Shown here piece after piece: positions 24,301 through 35,368 of a stretch of 64,000 bases of DNA. The position numbers and the translations under genes are program-made. The notes beneath the pieces were generated by a model. It was not told the origin of the DNA, made no database searches, and worked only from the letters and a program-made list of their open reading frames with translations. This stretch comes from Klebsormidium nitens. Lineage: Eukaryota; Plantae; Klebsormidiophyceae. The DNA lies in the NCBI GenBank assembly GCA_000708835.1, contig DF236989.1:237285-301284 (forward strand), read 5' to 3'. Within the stretch, counting starts at the first letter, position 1, and the number at the start of each line of letters is the position of its first letter.

Positions 24301-27300
24301 GGCGTTGATCGCCTTACTAAAAGACGGCAGGGCCGGTAACGCTCCCAGCCAAATGAGCCCGCCGCGTGTCGTTGACAACCCCAAGCGATCCTTCGGCAGC
24401 GCCTCCAGTCTTGAGTCGCTGGACCTTGAGAGCGAAACGGTTGACAATGACGAAGCAGCCAGTCCTTCGTCCCGGCCGCTGACCGAGCTGAGTGTCAAAG
24501 AACTGAAGGACCTGCTAAGCGGAGCGGGGATCAGCTGCAAGGGATGCGTAGAGAGGGCCGATCTAATTGCCTTGGCGAGCAAGTACGGTCTTGTCAGCGC
24601 TCCCTCTAGTCCTTCGGCCTCGGTTAGAGAGACCGGGGCGAAGAACCCGGGCCGTTCTAAGAGTCCTGCCGGCTCGGTGAAAGAGGCCGGCGCGAAGAGA
24701 TCGGGCGGGCGGTCAGTCGCTGGGGCGCAGCCGGAGGTGAGAGTCTGCCTCAGATATGTGGTCTATTGTACTCTTATGTCGATATGAGGCTCTCTTACGC
24801 CAGCAAAAGTGGTGATGTCAAGGAATATCGGTTGTCGCAGATTGAGAACATATTGTTAATCCCAATCTGGATGAATAGTGTTGTGGGATATAAAAGAACG
24901 GCATAATTGACCCAACTTTGCAGTGGCTTTATTTCCAGCGCCCGCTGCTCATCTTTCGGCCACCGAAGTGCCGCAACGTTGAGAAGTACCAAGCTGAATA
25001 ACGTTCTGCTTCAAAGCCAAGCCAGCTAAGTTCCCCACTTATGCCTTACCCAAAGAACAGCACTACGCACAAACGAGTCTCGGTAAAATACGTTTTCCAT
25101 CTTCGTCAGGGATTGAGTGAAGACATTGCGGGGAATGTGGGGGACTGCTTGGCCGCGCTCATTCAGTCGCTACTCCGAGACGGTGACGCGCAAGCTGACG
25201 CCGTGGCGATGGGCGCGCTTGGACGGCTCTCGAAACTGGGCATGATGCTCAGAGACGGCAGCGCGGTAAACACATTTCTTCTTTGCTTCCCTGTCGACAC
25301 GAGCAATTCACTTCAAAAGTTACCTTTGAGTGAGCAGGTTTCCAACCATCTTTCGGCTAAAAATTTGAAGTGTTGGATCGAGTCAGGTTTTCCATTACAG
25401 CCTAGTATGTTTCCTCCAAGTAACCCGACTGTATCATTGGTCGCCGGCGGGTACGAGTGACCTTGAACAAGAAGTTGAGTGTTCCTAATGTTATGAATCT
25501 CAATGAAGGCTTATGGAAGCAGTTACAAGACGGTTGAGTAGCTGAACGTACGTCTAATCACACAAATGCATCCGGTGCAGTGCAGTTTCGATTACGGATG
25601 CGTCCAGCTAAAGCTTTACTTGACGCCTCATGCCCCAGAACGTCCTTCTTCATCCTTCCCCGCTTCATAAGCTCAAATATCAAGTTTATGAACCAAGTTT
25701 ATATCTAAATATATGAACCAAGTTTTGGCGCGAACCTTAAGCCCTTCTCCGTAACCCCTCTGCAGACGCCGATGGCGGCCGCCTTCGCGGTGCCCATGAC
25801 GACATCGTCCCTGTCCTCAGCCATTCGCGATTGCGCGCTCGCGCAGCTCCTCCGCCACGCGGCGCCCGAGGCGCGCGAGGCCGCCGCGCACTCCGGGCTG
25901 CTGCAAGCCGCGTGCCTCGCGCTGCGGTCAGAGGACGAGTGCGCGTGGGCGCCCGCGACGGAGATGCTGGCCGTCTTTACGGAGGATCCTTCGCTAGGTG
26001 AGCGGCTTACGAGTGGGTAACTTATTCTATTCGCGAGAAAGGGAGTAGGAAGCCGATCAATCCAACTGAGGTGTGCAGCGAACGGGATCTCAACTTCGTT
26101 GAGATCTTGCAGAGGTTGCTTACAAAAAGAGCAGTTCCACAGTGAAGCGGGTTGAGAGTATTTCAAAGATTTAGGCAACAAATTGGGGACGTCGCCAAAT
26201 AAATAACGATCGACTTGGAAACGACCCTAGCCTTGCCCTCGGGACAATAGTTCTGGCCGTCTTCACGTGAAAATCCAGATTCTTCTAGCTTTCTTCAAAG
26301 TGATACATGGGAGAGGTCTCTATCTTTCGTGTCGAACTTTGGCCTGCATGCTTATCTAACCGGGACCCTCCCCGACGCCAGGTTACCTGGTAAATGAGCA
26401 CGGAGCCGTTCCTCCGGCCATCCGAAGCCTGCTTACTTTTGACCGGGACGCCGCCCGATCAGGAAGCATCAGTCCTTTGGTGGCTTCCAGCGTGAAGTTA
26501 CTAGCAAACCTTCTAGAAGAGAACCGGGATGAGTTCTCGGGTGAGGATGCAGGGGCGGAGCGCGTGAAGCGGCAGCGCATAGCGGCGCTGATCGTGAAAC
26601 AGGTCAGTCTTTCTCAACTAGACTTTCGGATGCAAGTGTGAAAGCGTTGGCGATATGAGTTTTGTAGTCCTGCCTCCAGGATGTTGTATCGTTGAAATCA
26701 GGAAATACATGTCGAGCTTGTTTCTTGGTGACGCCCATCTGCGGATAGACCGCAGAAAACTAAAGCAATTGAAGGACGAACACTAATGGCAGCGCCGCCG
26801 TCCACTGATTGACGTCCAAGGGTTGACGGTTGAAATGCTGGGTTCCTGCTAGACTTACTCAAGTTTGCCGAAATTCCCGTCCCAGAACCTTTGCCGAATT
26901 TCGTGACTCTCGGGCGAGAAATTGCCAACTGGATTTACTTGAAGATCTGGGAAGGCTGCGCTGAGATAGCGCACTTGAGCTGACCGTTCCGCGCCCGACT
27001 GTCCCTACAAGGTTTGTTTCTGACCAGCTTACAATTTTTTACTTTCAGGACTGTCTCCCGATTGTTTTGGAAGTCTTGGCGACCGCAGCCGGAGACAAGG
27101 TGCCCAAAGGGTCGCCCCAAAGGAGCGTCGCCGCCGACGCGATGCGCCTGCTGCATAGTCTGCAGAAACAGGAGGCTTTGCGGACAAAGGTGACTAGTTT
27201 GCTGGAGACTGGTAGGGACTCTCAGCTAGTTGAGGATTTCCGGAAAGTATACTAAAGGTACCGATAGAACCAAGCGTGTACTGAAATGGCGGAATTTGGG

Positions 27301-30300
27301 AATATGTTCCTTGTTCCAAATCGGAAATGAGAGTGCGCGTCTGCAGGAGCTTTACAAAGGACAGGCCTTTCGACCAGATTCGATGGTTAAAGCAGGAGTG
27401 ACTGCTCTCATTGCCTGATGGTGGTACCCGGAATCAATCCGACCGATTTCACAAAAAAAACCGTTGCAAATAGAAAAGGCGCCAAAAATATCGTCTGGTA
27501 TGCACTTAGCTGCTCCTTGCTCCCTGTTCTATTGCAAATCTTTCGAATATTCACCGCTCTCATCGGCCGATTCATCACTCCGGCATTGACAGTTCCACTC
27601 TTTCCTTTTTTCCAAGGTTGCTCAACTCCCAGGCCTCGGGCAGATCCTCGCGGGTTTCGTCGAGAGCCGCGCGCCGGCGACCGCGGAGGCGGCCGCGGCG
27701 TGCCGCCTGCTCGCGGACCTGGCGCCGGTGCCAGGGTTCTGCGAGGGTTTCGGGGACGAATTGCCAGAATTGGTCGGAAGAATAGCGTCGCGGATAGAAA
27801 AAGATGGCACGAAGGAAGAAAAGGGCGGAAGTGATTCGACGCTTGTGAGCGTGAGTTTCTGCGCTCTCTCCTCGTCTGCGGTCTGAGCGTGATCCAAAAC
27901 AGCCGCACATTCGCACATGTGGCCTCGGGATTTGTCTCAAGGGGCCTACTACAGAGTACTGTAATTCGTAGAACATGCAAGACTCCATAAAACGGAGAAG
28001 CTCTGGGCATGCTACCAAAACTTCGTTACTCCGACGATGCTCCGCAGGAGACCGCCCAAAACTGAGACTCTGGTGCTTTGTGGTAAGATAGATTTGCGGG
28101 GCCTCGTGGGCACGAGATGTCAAACCGCTTCAAATCCTTTAGCTAAAAGATGCAGTTGTTACTTGTTTTGCGTCATATTCGGAGCAAAACTGTGACTATG
28201 GAAGAGCGAATTATGAATTCAGAGATTCAAAGGCGCAAAATTGTACAGATTCTCGTGCAATTGTTCTGTCTTAGAGAGATGATTGTAGAATTTCAAGCTC
28301 ATATACTATCAACTGCAAGCGTCTAAATTTCCGCACCTCAATGTGACAAGCCCAATCAAGGCCCAATATCACCCCTCCTCGCCAATCAAAGATCTAAAAT
28401 TCTTGTTCCGAATCTGCAGCCGGCGCGCCGCGCGCTGGTCCGCCTGGTTCGCCACCTTAAACCCTTAAAGCTCGACTTCTGGGCGTCGGAGTTCACGTGG
28501 CGCGCGGTGTGCGCAACCGTCGCCGAATCGCCGAGCGACACGTGTCAGGAGGCGGTTGCAGCGGCCGAGCACTTGATCGCCCACAAAATGGTGACGATAG
28601 ACCAGGTCAGGGCCCACGCTTGGAAACAACGCAGTGAGTTTGTTAGTTTGACAATTGCTAAAGGGGGACTGTGGGTCTTCCTTGTCTTTTGCTGCTCGCC
28701 AGTTGCTTTCGGCTTCCTTCCTTCTTCTTCACTCTTTACATCGCTTCGTGTTACGAAGGTGCATCAAGGTTCACAATCTGAGTTGCGGGGTGAAGTAAAA
28801 TTGTTGAATTACATAGCCGCAGTGTCAGTACGTGAAATTCAAGGTGCCACATCCGCGAAATTATCCAGTATCACCAAGGGCGGGTGAGAGCTTGAGCGAT
28901 TGAAAGGTCCCGGACAATCTTTTGCGCTTCGCCGCTTCCAACACTTAAATCCTTGATGCGGCATCACCGAGAATGGCTGGAATTCGATGTTATACCCCAG
29001 AACCGCTGCAATTCAAAACCAATTCAATACTTGTAGTTTCCATTAACGTTTAGTCTCATGAATCGGTTTCAGAACCACAAAAGAATGCTTCTCCCAGCTT
29101 TCGACTTACCCCCGTTTCCGTCTCTGACTTTATTCCTCCGACCCCGGAGCTTGCGCCTCATGCTTGCGAATCAAATTGAAATTGTCCCTTGAAGAAGAGT
29201 ATCGTCCGCTTCGAATGTCCCACCTTCTCGTTGCTGACTTGCCAAATCTATCCCTTACCCGCAGCTTTCAAAGACCTTTTGGCCCGCGCTGATTCAGCGG
29301 ATCAGCGCGGCCGCGGCGCGCCCCGACGAGGCCGCACTTCTGAACAAGCTCCTGCTCTTCGTCGCAAAGTCCCTGAGCCCGGGTCACGCCGGACCGGAAC
29401 CAAGAGCAGAACCGGAAACAAAAGGAACGAAGGCGAACGGAACGATCGCGGAAACAGGCCACAAGCTCCGCCTGACGTCAGGGTCAGTAGGCGGAGGAGG
29501 AAGTGAGAAGAGTTTGGTACTGGGCACACCGGTTGAGAGGAAGAATGGGCGGAACGACGGCGGGCGGATTCCGCTGGAAGGAAACGGATCACATTTGCTG
29601 CTAGAAGGTGGGGCTTATGACGGGAGCGACGAAGAGGACGAAGCGTCGTCTACAAGCGAAATAGCGGTGTACTTTGGCGGCGACCTTTCACCGTACTCGG
29701 CCAGCGAGCGGTCGCCCACTTCCGGTGGGGAGTTGTCGCCTTACTCTTATCAAGACGGACGTACGGCTTCGTCGAGCAGCGACAGAGCGTTGTTCGCACC
29801 GCAGAAGATGGCACGCGTTGTGAATTCGAAGGCGTTGGCAGAACCGGAACCGAAAGAATCGATCCCTACCAAGAAAGCGGAAAGTGAACGGAGCGCAGCG
29901 GAATCAGCGAAAGGAAACGGAATTCCGGCTGTTTTGGGGACGACTGAACGGGACGGAATGGCGGGAGATGGGGAGAGTGTTTTGGGAGGGTTTGTGCGCG
30001 CGCGCGCCAGCTGGAAGCTGAGCAAAGATGAGCGCGAGCGGCTGATGATTGGGCTGCTGAGCGCGGGCCTTTCCGCTGCGGTCGTTCCGCTCTTCGCGAC
30101 TCCAGCGGCGCTTCCGGCGCTCAGTGTTGTGGGGTCGCTTGGAGCGGACCTCAAGGGAATGGACAAGGTGAGAGTGTCGAATCATATCGATTGCCGAAGT
30201 TGGAACTAAGAGAGTCGTCAAAGGGATGAAAGCTGCCTCAATACTGAATCATTGTTCAGGTGGTCGTCTCGTCCCTTCCGCAAGGAAGAGCTTTGCAGGG

Positions 30301-32371
30301 ACAATTCGTCGTATGAGGCCAACGCGCATCAAAGCGGAGCTAGTCTCTCAAACGCCTCATTGGAAGAGGACTCCGCTTGCAGTAGCTGGTTGTCTCTGAA
30401 AGGAAACATTTTCTTTGCGCAACCAGTCACAAGTACTCCACCAGACTTCGCAAAAGTCCCACAAGAAGGGAACAGAAAACGCACGGACAAAAACAGACTT
30501 CTCACCGCGTGCGAATTAGAAACAGCAGTCACATGAACCGGAATTTCCAGCGACTTACATGTATCTCGATAGACGTTGCATCTAAATCCAGATCGCCGCC
30601 AAGCCGCCTGCAACCGACGCGAAGCGGCACCCACGCTTCTCTTGCGGGTAGCTACGAAGCCCGCACAAGCGAAAAGCCGCTCAAAGTGGATCTCGAACGA
30701 CTTTTTCCCCTCTTGTCAAAAAATGTTGACCGGCCTAGTGTCGCGCCATATGTTTTGCCAGATTCACCAACTCGCGGCTCTTAAGATGCTCAATCTTTGA
30801 CAGGTGACGGGCCTCCTTCTGCGCGACAAGCTGCTCATTCCGGTGCTCGCGCGGCTTGTGACGCTGGCGGAAGCGGAACAGGAGGTGCTGCTGCTTGCGC
30901 GCCTCGCGCTGAAGCAGCTCTACTTTGCCAACCCGCTGTGCGCAGAGACGGGCGACCATCCGGTAAGCCTTATCCAAGCCTTTTCCAAGCCTTAACCAAG
31001 CCTTTTCCAAGCCTTAAACAAAGCCTTCGCGAAGCCTTGACCAACGAGAGAATTTGAACTCCTTTCGAGTCTGTAATGACTAAGCGACTTCAGGAATGAT
31101 GAAGTCGCTTGGTTAGTTCCAGCCTACCACGTTTACCTTTTCACAAAGGCGTTGCCTTGGGGGTTACGTCGACGAAGAATTGTGAGAGCTCCGGTGCGGT
31201 CCTCCGGACTAGAATGGAATTTCAGTGATGCACGTAAATGGAAATGCAGGAAAAGTTTGACGTATTCCCGCTGGAGAAGGACTTTACCTGCGTGTCTTTT
31301 CGCCGAAGATTGGAGGCCGTAGCCCAAGCAATCCTAATCGACGCCAAGAGACAAATCCTCGTCTGCTTTGAACATAGATCTATCACCGTCCATCTGTTTT
31401 GTCTCCCCGACAATGGGAGTGGGGCATTTTCCCTGTTTCTACTTGCCGAAAATTGAAGTCTTGCTCAACTTTTCATCTTCACCACAGGGCCAAGCGCGGC
31501 TCGGCGTCTCCACCAAGCCGGGGGCTCCCCCCGACTACTTCGCCTACAGCCACCACTCTGGGTGCATCGTCGTGGCGCCCGAGATGGGCGACCGCGCCAT
31601 GGCGGCTCTCCGGGAAGTGGTCGCCGCAAAGCGCGTGGAAGGCACCAGTTTGTCGCCGAAAAAGCAGTTGACGCGCCCTCCAGGGGCCTCGTCGGGCGGC
31701 AACTGTGGTTGGTGTGGAGCAGAAATTGCGGTCTGCGTGCGGTGCACCCACTGCCATGTAGGGCCCAAATACTGCAGGTAAGGATCCAGCGAAACGTCAG
31801 TACTTGGAAGTGTTGTTCGAGAAGTAAGCCTCAGGAGACAACATAATACCAGACATTCAAGAACGAGACTCCAAAGGATTCTAAAACTGCTGAATGACCC
31901 GTCAACTCCAATAGAATCAAATTTCTGGTTCAGAGGTGACCTGTGAGCGACTGTCAAGACGTTCAAACGCTACGATTCTCAGATAGAAGTCTGCGTGGTT
32001 GCCTGCGTTATTCATTCGCAAGCGGACACTGGGCAAGTCTGAAAACACGATGCTTCTTTTGTCGAACCCACGGTCGAACACATGTAGCAACTGCTCTCGA
32101 TTATTGCTGCGCTCGAAGCTTGACATAGTTGTAAGCTTGACGGATTTGCGCTCAAATTTGGAGGGCTCACTTTCCAAATCGCGTTTGCTTTGGGCTTTTG
32201 ACACCCTGTCTTCGATACGGCCTTGATTTGCAGTCTCACCGATCTCAAAGAGTTGACACGTCTTTTCACGAACATTACTTGCCTGATTTTGTGCCTTTTT
32301 CTCCCAGCGACGTGTGCAGGCATAGCGCCTGGCCAACCCACAAAGAAGACTGTCCAAAATGCGTCAAGTAG
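21330..32371 (+). CDS. Large ARM/HEAT-like helical-repeat protein with a central SAP/ARMET_C-like motif and a C-terminal MYND zinc finger; 5' end uncertain
   Basis: Phase-consistent exons near 21330-21460, 21875-21983, 22311-22432, 22676-22798, 23390-23530, 23999-24736, 25110-25265, 25766-25997, 26381-26603, 27049-27189, 27617-27845, 28420-28605, 29266-30167, 30804-30963, 31488-31778, 32308-32371. Motif LTELSVKELKDLLSGAGISCKGCVERADLIALA. Spliced MYND: CGWCGAEIAVCVRCTHCHVGPKYC|SDVCRHSAWPTHKEDC, stop TAG at 32369-32371. Confidence 0.8.
30964..31035. repeat. About 11-bp minisatellite (CCAAGCCTTTT-like, about 6 units) starting at an intron donor
   Basis: gtaagccttatccaagccttttccaagccttaaccaagccttttccaagccttaaacaaagcc read directly. 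Confidence 0.9.
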
Positions 32372-33567
32372 TAGCCACATGCTGCTGCCTTCTGGTTGTC
32401 TCTGATAACTTCCCCGAAGTTAGCGCAATTGTAGGTCGAATTTATTGCACAAGAGGATATGTAAAGTTTGCTTGTTTTACGAGTATACGAGCTTAGACGT
32501 GCATGATGTGGCGGCTCCATGCTATATTTAATGCTTGGCAGCTGAGACTACCTTGGAGTCATTGCGTTGCAAGCGCGCCAGACTGGCCGGCGGCGGCAGC
32601 TGTTTACAGTGCTTGTATATGCACGAAACTCCTTGTTAATCCTGGGACCAGATTGTCGTGCGCGGATGTATATTTTGACAACGTTGGCATGGTCGTGGCC
32701 ATGCCCAGGCGCACATTCGGTTCGATCTTTCCCTGGGTCCCGGGACAGAAGCGACCGGGAGGCCTCGAACAATTGTGGTCATTGCTGGGATAATCGCATT
32801 GGTCGGGAAGCCTCAGTGCTCACTACTTCATGTATGTCGGCATGGATGCCTTAATCTTCTCAGCTGCAGGGACTAGGAGTTCTCAAGCTATGGTCAAGCC
32901 GCCGCGGCCTTAATGCGCGCGCTCAGCGCTCTGAGCAATGATGTGTTGCGCACATTGATAACGCGAGCGATCCATAGCGCGCCGCTGATGTTAGTCAATG
33001 ATCACGGGGCCCACTAAGTGACATGTTCCACATGTACGCGGGCCCGGTCTTTGGGCCCAGTTGCATGAATTATCACGGCTTTTCAGGTGGGGTAGGTGCT
33101 CAATCGAGTTGGCCACATATCCCTGATTGCAATTAACTTTATTGCATATTGCAACAACGTACATGGTAGGGCCGATCGACTCGTTGATGATGCCGATCAT
33201 GACAGGCCTGATAGATGACGATCCATATGTATCGAAACCATTCAATCGTGATTGAAGATGATAGCTACACAACTCCACCTATTATAGAATGAAAACGCAT
33301 AGACGGTTCGGTTGTGTCCCCACTTCTCTATAGCGGGCTGGCACATACAGACACGGCCCCGACGCGTGCAACATAAGTCTTGATAGCCTTTTCATATGGC
33401 AACTCCTAAAGGTTGAGTGCTGGTCAATATTGAGATATTATTACATGGACGCAGACAATCCGAATGTTGTACGGTGCCCATCCTTAAACTCCTCGGACTT
33501 TCAACATATAAGACGTCACAATCGAGTTGAGAGCTGTCACATGGGAGTCGAATGCTATGCATCGTTC

Positions 33568-34575
33568 CTATACAGGCTTCACTTCTTGTTGCCCACTCCG
33601 CTTCCCCCTTGGAACATAAGTTTTCTTATGATATGCTTTCAAGCAGTCCATGCAGCGAAAGAACAGCCCATCCATTGTCTGTCTATCAACATTGAACTCG
33701 GAAGAAGGCTTCTCCTTCTTGCAAGCCGCGCACAACTTTATCTCCTTTTTGATGTAGACCCGAGCCTCCTTGATCTTGTGCCGCCGCTCTGATTTTGACT
33801 TTGATTTGCAGGGTTTGCAAATTAGCCCACGACCGTTTTGTTGTAGAGGATTCCCGTTGAACTGGTCCGCTGCTTTCACCTCCAAGCAAGTACTGCACTG
33901 CTGCGGCTGGTCAGTTGGGACATGCCGTGGCCGACGCGCGTCCGCGGCTGATATGCACGCCCGACAACACGTGTGGATCTCGCCTTTGCAGTTGACAGCC
34001 CGACAAAAGTCCCGCAGCTCCTTCACGAGCCCACACTTTGTGCACGCCTTCGCTTGCGCCCACGCTTCGTCTATGCTTAAACTCAGATGATGCAACTGTT
34101 GATTTCCACGCTTTGCCTTGAAGGTCGCCAGGCAAGCCCGGCACCCGTCCGACCGGCCGTCGCCGCTAGTTGTAGACTTGAAGAAATCTACGATTGGCTT
34201 CGAGTGCTGGCACATTTCACAAGTTTTGATTAGGGGCTTAATACTGATGTCTCTGCTCAACGTGCCAGCCGCCTTCGCCACCGTGCTTTTGTTGTTTGCG
34301 CCCTTGTCTTTGCTTCCCTGGAACTGCCGGTCAGCAAATGATGGCCCATCTGACCTGGCCTGCGCATTTTTAAATGTACCTCGGAGTCTAGTCCTCTGAG
34401 TGCCCAACAAGCTTCGCCTCTCGCTATATGTAGAAAAGTGGAATTGCGCTGTACTCGTTGGCAGAAAAGCAGACGAGGGCAGCGGACGCTTGGAAGCACT
34501 GCCGCCCGCTAGATGCGGCGTTGCAACCAAAGGACAGGCCCGGGCTTTGAGGTGCATTGCAATTGTCACCTCCAT
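33568..34575 (-). CDS. Intronless 335-aa protein with four tandem C4 zinc-ribbon repeats and a transit-peptide-like N-terminus
   Basis: ATG at 34575. Four units of exact spacing C-x2-C-x3-K-x4-F-x13-C-x2-C. The first ~75 aa are S/A/R/T-rich with few acidic residues. Confidence 0.85.
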   Translation of the reverse strand: MEVTIAMHLKARACPLVATPHLAGGSASKRPLPSSAFLPTSTAQFHFSTYSERRSLLGTQRTRLRGTFKNAQARSDGPSFADRQFQGSKDKGANNKSTVAKAAGTLSRDISIKPLIKTCEMCQHSKPIVDFFKSTTSGDGRSDGCRACLATFKAKRGNQQLHHLSLSIDEAWAQAKACTKCGLVKELRDFCRAVNCKGEIHTCCRACISAADARRPRHVPTDQPQQCSTCLEVKAADQFNGNPLQQNGRGLICKPCKSKSKSERRHKIKEARVYIKKEIKLCAACKKEKPSSEFNVDRQTMDGLFFRCMDCLKAYHKKTYVPRGKRSGQQEVKPV

Positions 34576-35368
34576 GAATGTCAGCAGCCACTTGCGACCT
34601 TGCTGCTGCTACCTATCGCCCCCGTTGATGCCTGAATCCTGCTGCAGTCGCCTTGTCAATGTAGTCTGTAGAGAAGGCTGCTGATCCTGACTTCTGTGCA
34701 TTGTGTACGCAGTGTTGAATTGCATATCCAGACGTACACGCTTCAAACGTGCGCCGCGCTTTGAAGACAAAGTCGAAGCAAAACCGGCAAGCATCTGGAA
34801 CCGGCGTCAACCTAGGCTAATACAGAACCTTTAGCCTTCAGGCACGTATGCGTGGGCTCAGTGCCGGTTTTAGCTTCACGCCGGCCACGGTTACGCTCCC
34901 GTCATCAAAATGGCGCCAAACCGCCTTGGCTTCGGGTTGGCTCGTCCACTGAATCAGCAGACAAACTTTGCTACTGCTGCTGCATTTCCTCAAAGAGCAG
35001 ATTTCCCCCAACGAGAGCCCCTCCTCCAGGAGTCCACTACTAGAATCTCTGTGCAATCCTTGTACTACAACTCCCTGGCCTGCTTGTTTCTTTGCGCTCC
35101 ATCTCGGAAATTGGACGTTGTGTCGTGGCCATTGGCTGCTCTTCAAGCCTCATCAGCGTTGGTGGCACTCACGTGGAGTTTCAAGTAGCGGAGTCTGGCC
35201 TAACTTGATTCCAGATGATCGCCAGTGCAGTCCGGCAATTGGATGAGTTGACATCGGCAGAGAAGGCAGGTTGCTTGCAAGGTGGTAGAGATATCTTCCA
35301 ATTGTACACACAACCACCTGTCCATCACTAAGGCAAATGGTCAATTTTGAAGCTGGGCCTGTTGAAGG

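Noticed and set aside
32880-33100. Cluster of small hairpins and GGGCCC (site II-like) motifs
   Set aside because: It lies between convergent 3' ends, the stems are only 5-6 bp, and no element boundaries are visible.
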